NCBI GenBank assembly: GCA_032718475.1
Contig: JAUCBJ010008796.1
Span: 1-64,000 of the forward strand
Length of the DNA stretch: 64,000 nucleotides
DNA from: Nemertoderma westbladi
Lineage: Eukaryota; Animalia; Xenacoelomorpha
Reading direction: 5' to 3'
Part shown: piece after piece, positions 38,901 to 49,500 of the stretch
Position numbering within the stretch: position 1 is the first letter of the stretch
How the letters are laid out: each line of letters begins with the position of its first letter
Notes under the pieces: model-generated
Told to the model about the DNA's origin: nothing
What the model saw: only the letters and a program-made list of their open reading frames with translations
Database searches by the model: none
Made by a program: the position numbers and the translations under genes

Positions 38901-41900
38901 CCAACGGCGAACCTGTTACTCCGACATAAAGTGTGAAAAGTGTGGTGCGAAACATCACATCTTGTTACATAGTGAGTTCGAACGAGACAAGCAGAGTCAG
39001 GTAAGTGAGTCCGAACTACATGTCCAATTCAGTGATGTAAACGACACTGATCAGGAGTCTGAGATGGAAGGGTTCTATACTGACGAATTCTCCGACGCCA
39101 ATGAATCCTGTTATCTAATAAATACCGCGGTGTATCGAGCACTTACTTACGAAAAGGACATCAACGATGAGTTTTCCCCAACTAATTTCGCCAAACAACC
39201 ATCTTGGAAAGCTCCAGCTTCCAACGTAGGAATCAGAGAATTTCCTGTAGTTCAGGTAAGAGTTCACGGTCTTAACAAAAGCTACATAGTGAATGCCCTC
39301 CTGGACTCCGGCAGCACAGGAACATTCATCGATCAAGAACTAGCCGAAGATATCTTTGCTGGACAACCCAAGTTCCGGACTAAATTGAATATGTCAGGAA
39401 TTATGCAGGTTTGGAAATCTACCCTAACGGCAGATTACTATGTAGGTGTGTTGTCCACCCCCCAGGATAAGTTAGGAACACAAGGCATAAGGTCAGTAAA
39501 AATGGTGGCTATAAAGAACTTTGCTACTACTCAAGCAGACCTTTATAATTGGGACGAAGATGAGAGCGTCCAACATCTGAAGATACCTCGATTCCAGACA
39601 GATTATCCTGGAGTGCAAATACTTATCGGCCAAAACGCGCACGAGGCGCTCGAAACATTAGAGAAACGGCCTGCTCAACCACAACCACTGCAAACCTATG
39701 CGGTAAGAACTAGAGTAGGTTGGTACTTTACTGGCCCTTCCCGTAGAACTCTCGAAGAGAGAATGCCACACGAACAAATATATCAAGGAAGTGATTGGGA
39801 AGTGGAAAGCAGTGAGGTGGACGAACTAACTGAGGGAACACCATACTCCTCAGATAATGACGACATCTACCAACTCTTCGAAGAAGAGAACACAATTGAC
39901 CTACTTACAGAGAATCAAACTTGGAAAAACCAAACGAACCTATGTCAACTGATTCGCCCAACGGAATCCATTATTTATAATGACGAACTTAATGACGAGG
40001 TAGAGCGCTACAACGCTAGAACTCGGGACGAACTCGCCGTACGATTCTTTACCCAAGAATTAGTAGAACCCAATTCATACGACAAAGCCCTGTCAATAGA
40101 AGAAGAAAGAGCCAAGCAAATCCAGGAAACAACCACACGTTTTTTAAAAGATCAAGGTAGATATGAAATCGGACTACCCTTCCGAAAACGTGAACCCAGA
40201 TTTATAAATAACAGACCCTTGGCTGAGAAAAGAATCAATCAATTACATCGACGTCTTACGGCAAACACTTCAGCTAAGGAAATGTACCAAACTCAGTTGA
40301 AGAAATTTATCACAAAGGGATATGCGGAGCGAGTACCGGAAGGAACTCCAATAACTGAAAGAACTTATTATCTAACACATCATTACGTTCCCAAGCCCGG
40401 TAAACCCCATGAAGTACGAGTCGTATTCGATGGCTCTGCTCTATATATGGGCCAATCCCTTAATTCCGAGTTGTTACCAGGACCCAATTTACTACAATCT
40501 TTGTTGGGAATACTTTTGAGATTAAGACAATATTCCATCGCGTTCGCTTCTGATATCGAAGGAATGTTCTTACAAGTCAAGGCGCTGGAGAGAGATAGAG
40601 ACATCCTGAGATTTCTGTGGTGGCCTGAAGGAGACCTCAACCAGAAACCGGTGGAGTACTGGATGACCATCCAGGCTTTTGGGATCATATCTAGCCCTTC
40701 CAATGCCTGCTCCGTGGTGCGAACCACTGCGAATGACAACCGAGACTCCTTCTCCAAAGAAGTGATAGACAACATAAAACGCAATATATACATGGACGAC
40801 AATTTAAGGTCCCTTCCATCAGTAGAAGAAGCCATAGCTGTCGCGAAAGGAACGGTAGAGTGTTTGAAAAGAGGTGGATTTCGACTGACGAAATTCACTA
40901 GTAACTCCCGTGAGTTTCTGGAAGCCATACCGGTAGAGGATCGCGGAGCGAAAGACCTAGACTTAATAAAAGACGATCTTCCTGAAACCAAGACGCTAGG
41001 CTTGAAGTGGGACACGGAAAGAGATATCCTGTTTTTTCAGCTAAAACAGCGAGATAATCCAGTTCGGACCAAACGGATTTGTTTAAGTATCCTGAGCACT
41101 TATTTCGACCCATTGGGATTTATTAGCCCAGTTATATTGATTGCTCGGAGTTTAGTACAACAAATGTGGCTTGAAAACCACTCGTGGGACGATCCCCTCA
41201 AGGGAGAATTATTAAAGAAATGGATGAAATGGGAGGACTCGCTACCTGCTATCGAGAACTTTATAATTTCCCGTTCATATTTTGGTCATGTTCTCCCTAC
41301 GTATTCCTATCAACTCCATGTATTTGGAGATGCCAGCGATATGGGAATCGGTATAGTAGCATACCTGCGAGTCGAAACTCCGGATGGAATCAAAGTTGCC
41401 TTGGTTACCTCTAAGGCATTGATTAACAACAAGCTTAAGGTTCCTCGGGCGGAGTTAAAAGCAGCCTTATACGCTACAGCTATCGGCCGGAATGTAACGG
41501 AACAGATCGATTATCCACTGGAGAAAACTGTTTATTGGACCGACGCTTTACTTGTGTTGGAATATATAACCAATGAAGTCTGTCAGTTCAGCGTCTTTGT
41601 TACTAACAGAGTGGCCATTATTCTTAGTCGCACAACGATAGATCAATGGAGACATTGCCCTGGTACGATTAACCCAGCTGACATCGCCTCCAGAGGAGCA
41701 ACTCAACAGGAACTGATAGATACCCCTGACTGGTTGTGTGGACCCGACTTCCTGAGCAAGGAAGAGGATGAATGGCCTCCTCACCTTACTACGGCTGAGA
41801 TTAGACAAGCCAAGGGAGCGGAGAAAGTCAAACCCAAAATTAGAACAAGTAAATCGAAATTATTTAAACCGACAATCGATCTATCTGTATTACATACTGC

Positions 41901-43611
41901 CGAAAACGATACTTCGGATCCACAATCCCTCGCCACAAACAAGTCTGTTGTGGAAATTAGAGACAGAGATTGGAAATCTGAGATACCAGATGTCTCGCAA
42001 GGAATCTCACCCCTGCTGCAGAGAGCACTGCATCATTACAGTTCCTGGAATCGTCTCTGTAAAGCCATCACATACTTAAAGAGATGTTTTCACCATCATT
42101 ACTCCAGGAAGCAGACCACTAGTGATCCTGCTCCAGTAACATCTGCGCAAGTTTATGTTATTAAAGATCTACCGAAGTACAAGATATCAGACCGGTTTCT
42201 AAAGGAGAAGATCAGTTACCAGGAGCATGAAGAAACTAATAAGCAGCTACTGAGACTCCTGCAATGCTATGAGGATTCCGATAGGTACTTTCTGTTGTTG
42301 AGAAATCCGCAGATGCGCTTAAGGGATCGCTTCTCTAGCACAATGATAGATGGGTTAATACGTGTTGGAGGAAGGCTTACAAACGCCCCATTATCCTTTG
42401 ATACTAAATTCCCTATACTCATTAGTAATCTTGAAGTACAAATCAAGATGATTGTAGATGTTCACAGTAAACTGTATCATGCTGGTAGAGAACGAGTTCT
42501 TAGCGAAATTCGAACCCGCTATTATTTTCATAAACCGCGTAGAGCTCTGAATCAAGTTCTTAGGAACTGCATACCTTGTAGGAAAGTATTCAGTAGGCCT
42601 TTAACACAGCGAGAGGCAGAATTACCTATGGAACGAGTAAGCTTTTATGAACCACCCTTTACTAATACTGGTGTGGATTTATTTGGCCCTATTGAAGTGT
42701 ATCGTGCTAGAACTATAATCAAGAGATGGTGTGTAATCTTTGTCTGCATGACTTGTAGAGCTATCCATCTCGATATGGTGAACGATCTATCTACTAACAG
42801 CTTCGTCTTATGTTTACGACGACAGATCGCTCGTTTCGGCACTAGCAATACGATGAGATCCGATAAGGGAACGAACTTCATTGGTGCCAACAACGAAATT
42901 CAGGCTTACGTAAAGGACTGGAATCAAAGACAGGTGGACGACCAGCTACGGATAACGGCGTCTAGCTGGACCTTTAACGCCGCCGACGCCCCTTGGTGGG
43001 GAGGAAGTTGGGAGAGATTAATTCGAAGTGTCAAGACCACATTTCACTTTATAGTGCCGTGCCGCGCATATCTCACCGACGAACTTCTACGGACGTTAAT
43101 GGAGGAAATCGCTGCCTATCTTAACGAGAGACCGCTTATGCCAGTCTCATCGAGTCCCGACTCCCTGGAAGCGCTAACACCCGCGCACTTCCTACTTAAA
43201 AAACCTGTAGCCATGCTCCCACAATCCGAGATTGCCGATGGGGATGAATACTGTCGTCGAACTTGGCAGCTTATGCAGTTGCTATCCCGTCGTTTCGCTG
43301 ACCATTTTGAGAAACATTATCTGCCCACGCTACAACTTCGAACTAAGTGGTTTGCGCAGCAGGAAAATGTCAGCGCCGGAGACATGGTCCTTATTGTAGA
43401 TCCGGACCTTCCACGTAGACGGTGGCAGATCGGTCGTATCATCGAGACGCACATCTCGGAGGATGGTCTAGTGCGCTCAGTAGAACTCGTCGTAATGCGG
43501 CGTAATTTCAAGAAACCCGGTACCCAAGGAGGTGAGGTCTCTATAGGGGTGCCGGGAACAGGCGGCGGTGGACTCGTGAGGGTCTGGGGGCACGTTAAAT
43601 CTTTCTTATAG
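35950..43611 (+). CDS. gag-pol: BEL/Pao gag-pol polyprotein (capsid, 3 Zn knuckles, aspartic protease, RT, RNase H, integrase); true start uncertain
   Basis: KFNGDEMKW; CALCDGTHRLSAC/CYNCLRPGHQRRTC/CEKCGAKHHILLH; LLDSGS; YLTHHYV..VRVVFDGS, DIEGMF, YMDD; FGDAS, PRAEL, WTDA, NPAD; HSKLYHAG..CIPC, GVDLFGP, SDKGTNF, GGSWER. Confidence 0.97.
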   Translation: MEEHQADWARNKRATQDNYAGYAREELMSIVESQWNFPGLGLPLDLSEATWEDIHRMGVAKDTMDPAVWKRSASGYVQGFFGSLERLEEQLFRQPQGPQEQEELLYQVRERTLRIRLILSAFEETSKRRQDTSLQVAVKTWLHRVDLQVQETAQWKSQLAERSTYEEQTDVTLSQAESEETAEKPRTRDAIDIYLSDYQRFLGDEELSRRLSGLSPNSEGTKLVLDSIDAEMLAANQAECDEKLRLTRVREEQVKKEWIEKRKVAAAAAAEAEAKRKAAEAEAERKAAEAEAERKSAEAEAEAERKAAEAEAERKAAVAEAESRASEETIQLELKNLQETQDSINKQFTANQMQMMRKSTPKRQGYTSSEEGETTDPEGGGNRSHLSRRRKTSYRRKLPDLPPAVRRQLASTDLSSIEPTAQSIKVQRLSTIVDEPEIIRPVVPKVTSVLETPVLPELNSKFPLHSTTLPVPGGTVQENIPVQIAEREIKNLSPVVPRQPATMLATPASAVEWVEEGRRGMNLLLGQMQETVHQLKGTVREGRAELQEVQQSIALERDKLVNIQRGIPIPPVTLCQPVRSEVLHAQGVEPTRIYTASEVETPITNPIKGDYRPVINDIPYRPDNDPRNLYTDNSILNNTMAQESFTRQMARTEARQAVKVGEIVKFNGDEMKWLPFNEYYKDSIQNSVLSNGEKLRFLIKCLEGPPKLMALKFIGHPDGLRQVWDTLNIRYGNKDNIAKYLYAKLVAPRHFLSSGIIEFSDEIQEICRQLDWLGKSHEYQSSMVIGAVVSTLPKGGVCTRWDKKVLYMNEQQRRSPTMADLMSFLDGEVKLQLIKQSREKTSENKVSEKPTSRRRVTPVCYTDDGESQASQEEDSGKDTERSYYVDKTSKDVSKYKARTNNRREQVAKTPPQSPSRMRGRKPEERTRVHQTTQGKVSNIKPNCALCDGTHRLSACAEFLKKSLVDRRTVVWDKRLCYNCLRPGHQRRTCYSDIKCEKCGAKHHILLHSEFERDKQSQVSESELHVQFSDVNDTDQESEMEGFYTDEFSDANESCYLINTAVYRALTYEKDINDEFSPTNFAKQPSWKAPASNVGIREFPVVQVRVHGLNKSYIVNALLDSGSTGTFIDQELAEDIFAGQPKFRTKLNMSGIMQVWKSTLTADYYVGVLSTPQDKLGTQGIRSVKMVAIKNFATTQADLYNWDEDESVQHLKIPRFQTDYPGVQILIGQNAHEALETLEKRPAQPQPLQTYAVRTRVGWYFTGPSRRTLEERMPHEQIYQGSDWEVESSEVDELTEGTPYSSDNDDIYQLFEEENTIDLLTENQTWKNQTNLCQLIRPTESIIYNDELNDEVERYNARTRDELAVRFFTQELVEPNSYDKALSIEEERAKQIQETTTRFLKDQGRYEIGLPFRKREPRFINNRPLAEKRINQLHRRLTANTSAKEMYQTQLKKFITKGYAERVPEGTPITERTYYLTHHYVPKPGKPHEVRVVFDGSALYMGQSLNSELLPGPNLLQSLLGILLRLRQYSIAFASDIEGMFLQVKALERDRDILRFLWWPEGDLNQKPVEYWMTIQAFGIISSPSNACSVVRTTANDNRDSFSKEVIDNIKRNIYMDDNLRSLPSVEEAIAVAKGTVECLKRGGFRLTKFTSNSREFLEAIPVEDRGAKDLDLIKDDLPETKTLGLKWDTERDILFFQLKQRDNPVRTKRICLSILSTYFDPLGFISPVILIARSLVQQMWLENHSWDDPLKGELLKKWMKWEDSLPAIENFIISRSYFGHVLPTYSYQLHVFGDASDMGIGIVAYLRVETPDGIKVALVTSKALINNKLKVPRAELKAALYATAIGRNVTEQIDYPLEKTVYWTDALLVLEYITNEVCQFSVFVTNRVAIILSRTTIDQWRHCPGTINPADIASRGATQQELIDTPDWLCGPDFLSKEEDEWPPHLTTAEIRQAKGAEKVKPKIRTSKSKLFKPTIDLSVLHTAENDTSDPQSLATNKSVVEIRDRDWKSEIPDVSQGISPLLQRALHHYSSWNRLCKAITYLKRCFHHHYSRKQTTSDPAPVTSAQVYVIKDLPKYKISDRFLKEKISYQEHEETNKQLLRLLQCYEDSDRYFLLLRNPQMRLRDRFSSTMIDGLIRVGGRLTNAPLSFDTKFPILISNLEVQIKMIVDVHSKLYHAGRERVLSEIRTRYYFHKPRRALNQVLRNCIPCRKVFSRPLTQREAELPMERVSFYEPPFTNTGVDLFGPIEVYRARTIIKRWCVIFVCMTCRAIHLDMVNDLSTNSFVLCLRRQIARFGTSNTMRSDKGTNFIGANNEIQAYVKDWNQRQVDDQLRITASSWTFNAADAPWWGGSWERLIRSVKTTFHFIVPCRAYLTDELLRTLMEEIAAYLNERPLMPVSSSPDSLEALTPAHFLLKKPVAMLPQSEIADGDEYCRRTWQLMQLLSRRFADHFEKHYLPTLQLRTKWFAQQENVSAGDMVLIVDPDLPRRRWQIGRIIETHISEDGLVRSVELVVMRRNFKKPGTQGGEVSIGVPGTGGGGLVRVWGHVKSFL

Positions 43612-45477
43612 TGCAAGGGAGTTACTGAAGGCCCTCGTGTCTTGCGAACCATGAATTGACATGGTGCCGTGGTACCGTCTTGTCGGCCTGTTGCCGTACT
43701 GCCAGTCCTGTACACAGTAGGGGTGGTGACTTAGTGTGATCTGTGGTTTATGTGGTTTATTTGGTAGGTCTATGTTTGGTATGTATGAGTTGACCAGACT
43801 CTGTACTGTCTCTGATTGGTTGCCAAAACGTGTTTTTTCCCAGGGTAGCACTATTGGAATGGAGGTGTTGCATCGGAATGGACAGGTTCTGATGATTCTG
43901 TTGGTACTACTATTGGAATGGAGGTGGCACCCGGAATATCGGCTGCAAGGAGGGGTTGGTGTTGTAGTGTGGTCCGAGTGAATGATACTCTGGAATCTGT
44001 GGTTTGTGTGTGTACGTGGTATACGTGAGTGTATGTATGGCCACTGCGAGTGGGTATGGGAACCCTTACCGGTTGGTTCAGTCGCCGCTGGTTATTAGTA
44101 GGACAATATTTTACTGCGCCCCAGCATACTTTGTGCACACAAAGTTATTTTACCCTGTCGGTAAAATAAGGTACTCTAGACTCTTTATCAGTCTATACAA
44201 TTTTGTCCCCTCTGATTTTGTCACCGATTTTGTCCTCCCCGATTATGTCCTCTGTGTGTGCGTGGTATGCGTCAGATTGGTGTTTACCTTTTGTGTACTT
44301 GATTATCGAACATCTGTTGAGTACACGTGTACAGTGACTGGTAAGTGGTTACTTGTTCCTAGCTTTCGAGCTAGTCAGTATTGTTTGCGGAACCGACTTC
44401 CCCTCAATACTGCCGGCGAGGCGGGTGAAAACGTGTCAAAATTCCAATGTGGGTAGCGCAAGCCCGCTTGGGACAAGACCGTCGGTTTGGCTCAAGGGCG
44501 ACCTTGATGCTCGATCGCTATCGACTGGTCCACCCGCCGGTTGACTCTCTGAGTTGGCTCAATGTACAGTCAGGCCACAGCAAGTTGACAGTAGCCGACC
44601 ATCTGGCTACACCGACGAGTTGTGCCGGTGTGATCGGGGGATTGAAAAGTGAACCCGGGAAGCATCGGGCTACCCTCCGGCCCGGTCTGATAAAAACATC
44701 AGTCGGACTGGCCCCAAGGGTGGTGGGACAGCGTCCGCCTCATGGGTGCGCCTCGGAGTCATCAGAGAGGAGCCCAGAAGGACGCAAGCGATAATCTTTG
44801 AGACGCAACAACTCAATCGCCCAGTTGGTCGTTTATGTTTACTGGAAAGAGACAGAGAACTCTCTGGAAACTATGGAAGACAAGACACTCTTCCCTCGAC
44901 CACCTCCCTAATTCCTCAAACATCTAGGGACTCCCAAACGTGATACGTCTGGAGTGGGTGTATGACTATGTTATTTATCTATTTTATTACATTTTATATG
45001 CGAACTTTATTATGTACTTTATTATAATCGTTTTTATTCAATTTTATTTAGTGGAATGTTATTTTAGGGATTATTTGGTAGATTAGTGCAATATATTAGT
45101 GTTTATTACGTACATAATCACTTATAATATATATTTAGTGCGACGGCGGGAAATAATTATTTTTTCTCTTCCCTTACTGTCCGTATCATATTATAAATAC
45201 GTGACTACAGTAAGATGAAATGTCCGTACTTCTTAAAGTACAATAAAGCCACTACTATATTTAAGTATTATTGGTAGGCAGAGTATTAGGAATGCAAAGT
45301 TCAGATCCTCGTGTCTCGGCTAAACCAAGCTCTGGGTAGACCTTGGAAACGACTTGCCTCTTCACACTGACATTGCTTCGTGCGATATTGCTCTTCTACC
45401 TTATAACAAATAATACATATAGTAGCGTGATGTCCCTCTAACAGTAGCGTAAATCGCAAATAAATCTGTTAAACTTT

Positions 45478-45763
45478 TTGACCATCTGTAATTCTAGTCG
45501 ATTAAGATATCGTGGCACCCACCGATATACTTGAAAGACAAATCCTAGAATCAGTGGTTAACGTCCCCAGACAAGTTCTGGAATAAATTGGTGCCCATCC
45601 TAAATATTAATTTAATATTTATTAAAATCTGTAAAATCCCGATCCTTTAAAATTTTTAGTCAATTAAGATATCGCGCAGTATTTACCGATATTCTTAGAA
45701 GGACTATTTTATAGAATTAAGGATCCTAAGTCCCCAGATATGCTCTGGAATAAAATTTGTGTC
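45478..45763 (+). ncRNA. Two tandem copies of a putative structured cis-acting RNA between pol and ORF2
   Basis: Both copies have nested stems, a CCAGA-n5-TCTGG hairpin and a possible loop-tail pseudoknot, with different but pairing outer stems. Confidence 0.5.
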
Positions 45764-46567
45764 AATTTAACATCAAATAATAAAATTCACGGGAATAAAT
45801 TTAAATTCATATTCAAATGAATTTCATAAATTGTCATTTTGCGCAATTTATAACATTCCCAAAATTCCAGTAATTAATAGATCATGGGAGCGGAGATTCA
45901 TATTGAGTGTACTAGAGTGCGAGAATCTCCAACATATAGTCAATAGCCGATAAAATTTATAAAATCATGCATAAAGAGGATATTGACAATTAAAGAATTA
46001 CTATTAAATAACATCCCAGATCTGTATGCATGAGAATTCCCCTAATTCTACCGCTAGTTTTCCATAATGTCACCATGGCAACACCCACGCTAGAATTAGA
46101 AGCAAGTTAAAGGAACAATAAAAAGCTTACCCCATTGCGTAGCATAAGAGTATACATAACGCACTATTAGTATCCAAGGATACATAGTAATAACGTGACA
46201 TTCTGGAAGACACTGACTAACGGACAAATGGCATGCATGTGTGCAGTAAGCAATGATTGTATGGAATTTGTGCGTTTATAGGTGAATGTTACTACTAAAG
46301 TGTGTTTACAGTAGCTAATCGCAATTGTAAAGTAGCCCTAACTCTACCGAGATAACCTCAAGTGGATTCAAGCCTTGGGGACGGACAGTGGTGGGACTTG
46401 TGCCGGTTATCGTTGTCGTGCTGTTGCTACATGTTGGCATAAACACTGCGACAACGGTACATCGGCGCTGAGAAACCCACTGTCCGGGGGCAAAGCCTAG
46501 TAGGCAGCGACGCCCGCTTGCCTAAAATATTAACTCATATTGATATTAATAAACTCAGATAACAGAT

Positions 46568-49500
46568 ATGACGGAATTGATAGAAGATGACCTTGGTATC
46601 AGGGAGCGATATACTCTACCTTTACAAGCGTTTGTGGATAGCTTGATACGCGGTGAAGCCGATCCGACTATTACGGAGGACGATGGTCGTTATATCGAAC
46701 CGCCGATGTCCCAGGAACAACTTACGCGTGAATTGGACTATAGAAAATTCACCGCTCGCTATACGAATCGTAATGGTACGTATATGGACTTCTTAACTAC
46801 CGGCCATCCTACCGATTTAAATGATACGGAAGATGTAGACACCGAAAGGGAAATGGTTTTATTTAAATATCATGCCCAGCGGAATCGTAATGATAAACCG
46901 AGAATAGAACACGAGAACTCTATTCGCAACCTACTCGACAGAGAAAACGTTGAAGAACCCGATAAGCGCCTCAACTTCAACGACTACTTGGAATTTTTGA
47001 GAGAAACCTATCTCAATATTGCCAGTCAACAGAACCTAGAGACTCGATATCCTCAAGGTATACATCACGATCCCATAGTAGAACTCAAACGACTCTATTT
47101 CACCATGATGTATCTTACCGCAGATCGTCCACTGCCTGTTGTCCCGGACAGCTTTGAACAAATGGAAGAGTATTGCAAAACTGGAGAACGATCACCAGCG
47201 TTTCCTCTGCAGGACGTACGTCTTTGGTATTATTGTGACTCATGTCCTAGACCTAACCAGCAAACGGAAAGACATAAACATCCGCGGAGACGTTGTGCTA
47301 AACACAGTTTTACGCGTTATACTTACGGGAGTTTCGAGCGAAACCTGTTCGACGTATCACCTACGATCGCCCGTCTAAAACGATCGCTAAATAAACCTAT
47401 GATCAGAGTTCCGGAATACTCGGTCAGGCCTCCCCATTTCCCCGTGAGACCTCAAACTCTTGATCCTAACAGTATCACTGATCCTCCCGAGTTATACTCA
47501 CTGTTCAAAGATTTGGTGTTACCCGAGCAGTTAATCGGTGGTGTTCCAGCGGTAGGTTCGTTAGATATTCGACCATCCTATTTAACCGGATTGGGACGCG
47601 GGCATCTAACATCGCCATTTAATCCTTACAATCGACCAGGATTAACTCCGATACAACCTGCCACGGAAATCGAGGAGAGTGTCATCAGAAACGCTTTAGA
47701 CGCCATCCGACAGAAAATCGGAAAGGGAACCCAGGATTTTCTAGAGAAACGTAAATTACAGCAGCAGGTCCAATCGGTGAAAGAGTTAGCCTTGCCGCAG
47801 TTTGATAGAGAAATCCAAAACCTCGAAGAGGACATCGAGCTTGGACATACGTATTCTCTACAGGAGTTTCTAGAAGAACGCTTACAGAAACAAGCGGAGG
47901 AAAATCAACTAGAGGAGAAACATACGGAAATGGATGAGAGAGAGGAAGCCGCTTTAGCCCAACCCGAAGCTCAGATACTCATAACCGATCTCTACTCTAA
48001 AACCGTCCGTCATCCCTCGATGGTTCCGCATTTCGGAGACAAACTTTTCGCAAAGATACAACCTCAACCGGTTGATATCGGCATAAGGTCGCAAAATCTT
48101 ATCGCTGACGCTCCTATGTTACAGCGTCCGCCAATCGAGGCCGCTCGAGTTGACGGTATACTCGTTGAACCTCCGGACAATCGAGCGGATCTTGTCCGTC
48201 GTATGGTACACGATGTCAACATACGCGCTAGACCTTTACAGAACTCTTTTTATGGAATTAAAGATCACCCTTATTACGTTAATCTGACTCAATATTATAT
48301 GGTAAAACCAGAAGATCCGACGCATAATTTAAAGTTTCTACCACTAATAAATCCTCTGGACATTGTCGAACTCGAACAATTGCAAAAACATCTGGATCAG
48401 TTAGTAAAGGTAAACTCATTTCGAAAACCATATAACGTTTCTCGAATAGAGAAGGATACAGAACCTCCTTATAATCTCGATGGATTTATTAAAACTCGAT
48501 TAGTCCATTGGAATCTAGACGTAATATTCGAGGAGGAGAAAATACAAAGATATGGAAATGTGGAGACGTATACCACTCGATACATGAAGTATAGTGATCT
48601 CCCTGACGCTAATCAATGCGCCACCTTGTGGCATCCAGTAGGGATGACCCTCGAGAACGCCACCAAAGAGTGGAATGAAACTCTTAATATCATTGAGATG
48701 TATGGCGTTGTTACTTACGATAACGAAGGTAGCATTCCAATCGGAGAATTAGGAACTACGCGCATGATACACATACGCGGATTAGCTGGTTCCACTCACG
48801 TGTTTACGCGAGCGTGTTCCGACGTGGTCGATTATTCCTTTGAAACTCTCACCGAAACGCAAAAGAATCTCCGACATGGACAATTCGAACTCGCGCAGCG
48901 TTACGTCATTGACACCGAACGCAAACCGGCCATGGGTATCGATGGATCGATGTTACCCCAGCCCGTTCTCGAGATGTTATTCAACGAAAGAATCATTAAA
49001 ATCGGCTCAGCTGTTTACGGGGATCTCCAAAACGACTTTCGGAATATGGAAAATATCCCCTATCCTTTCGTGGATACTCAGCTGATAGCTCCTTGGGCCG
49101 AAGGCCGAGGTTTCTTTCGCACCATGTATGCTAATGCGTCTAGCAACGTTACAAAGGTGCAACGAACTTCCATCGGACATCTTGCCTTTCAGGAATACGG
49201 ATGTAATTTCAAGGTCGGAAATCCCATCAACTATCAACAAGTATACGGAGACCATTATTCTCGATTATACTTTGACGGACCGTTGACCGCACCTGGCGCC
49301 GTGTATAGCTTCATGAGTGTTCCACTCCGTCCCTCCTTAGCTATCTACACGATCTTCGAAAACACCGCACTTTCCGGTTGGCTAGCCGATGTGTGCAGTC
49401 GTACTATACGCGCCCATCCATTAATCCTTGGGACCAAACTCGCTAAGCTAGATGAACATAATAAATTCATCCGCTTTGAATGTTTCCGACGGTTTTTAAC

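Noticed and set aside
44004-44456. 150-aa hydrophobic ORF in the intergenic region of C
   Set aside because: Non-ATG start and TG-rich low complexity; no support as a gene
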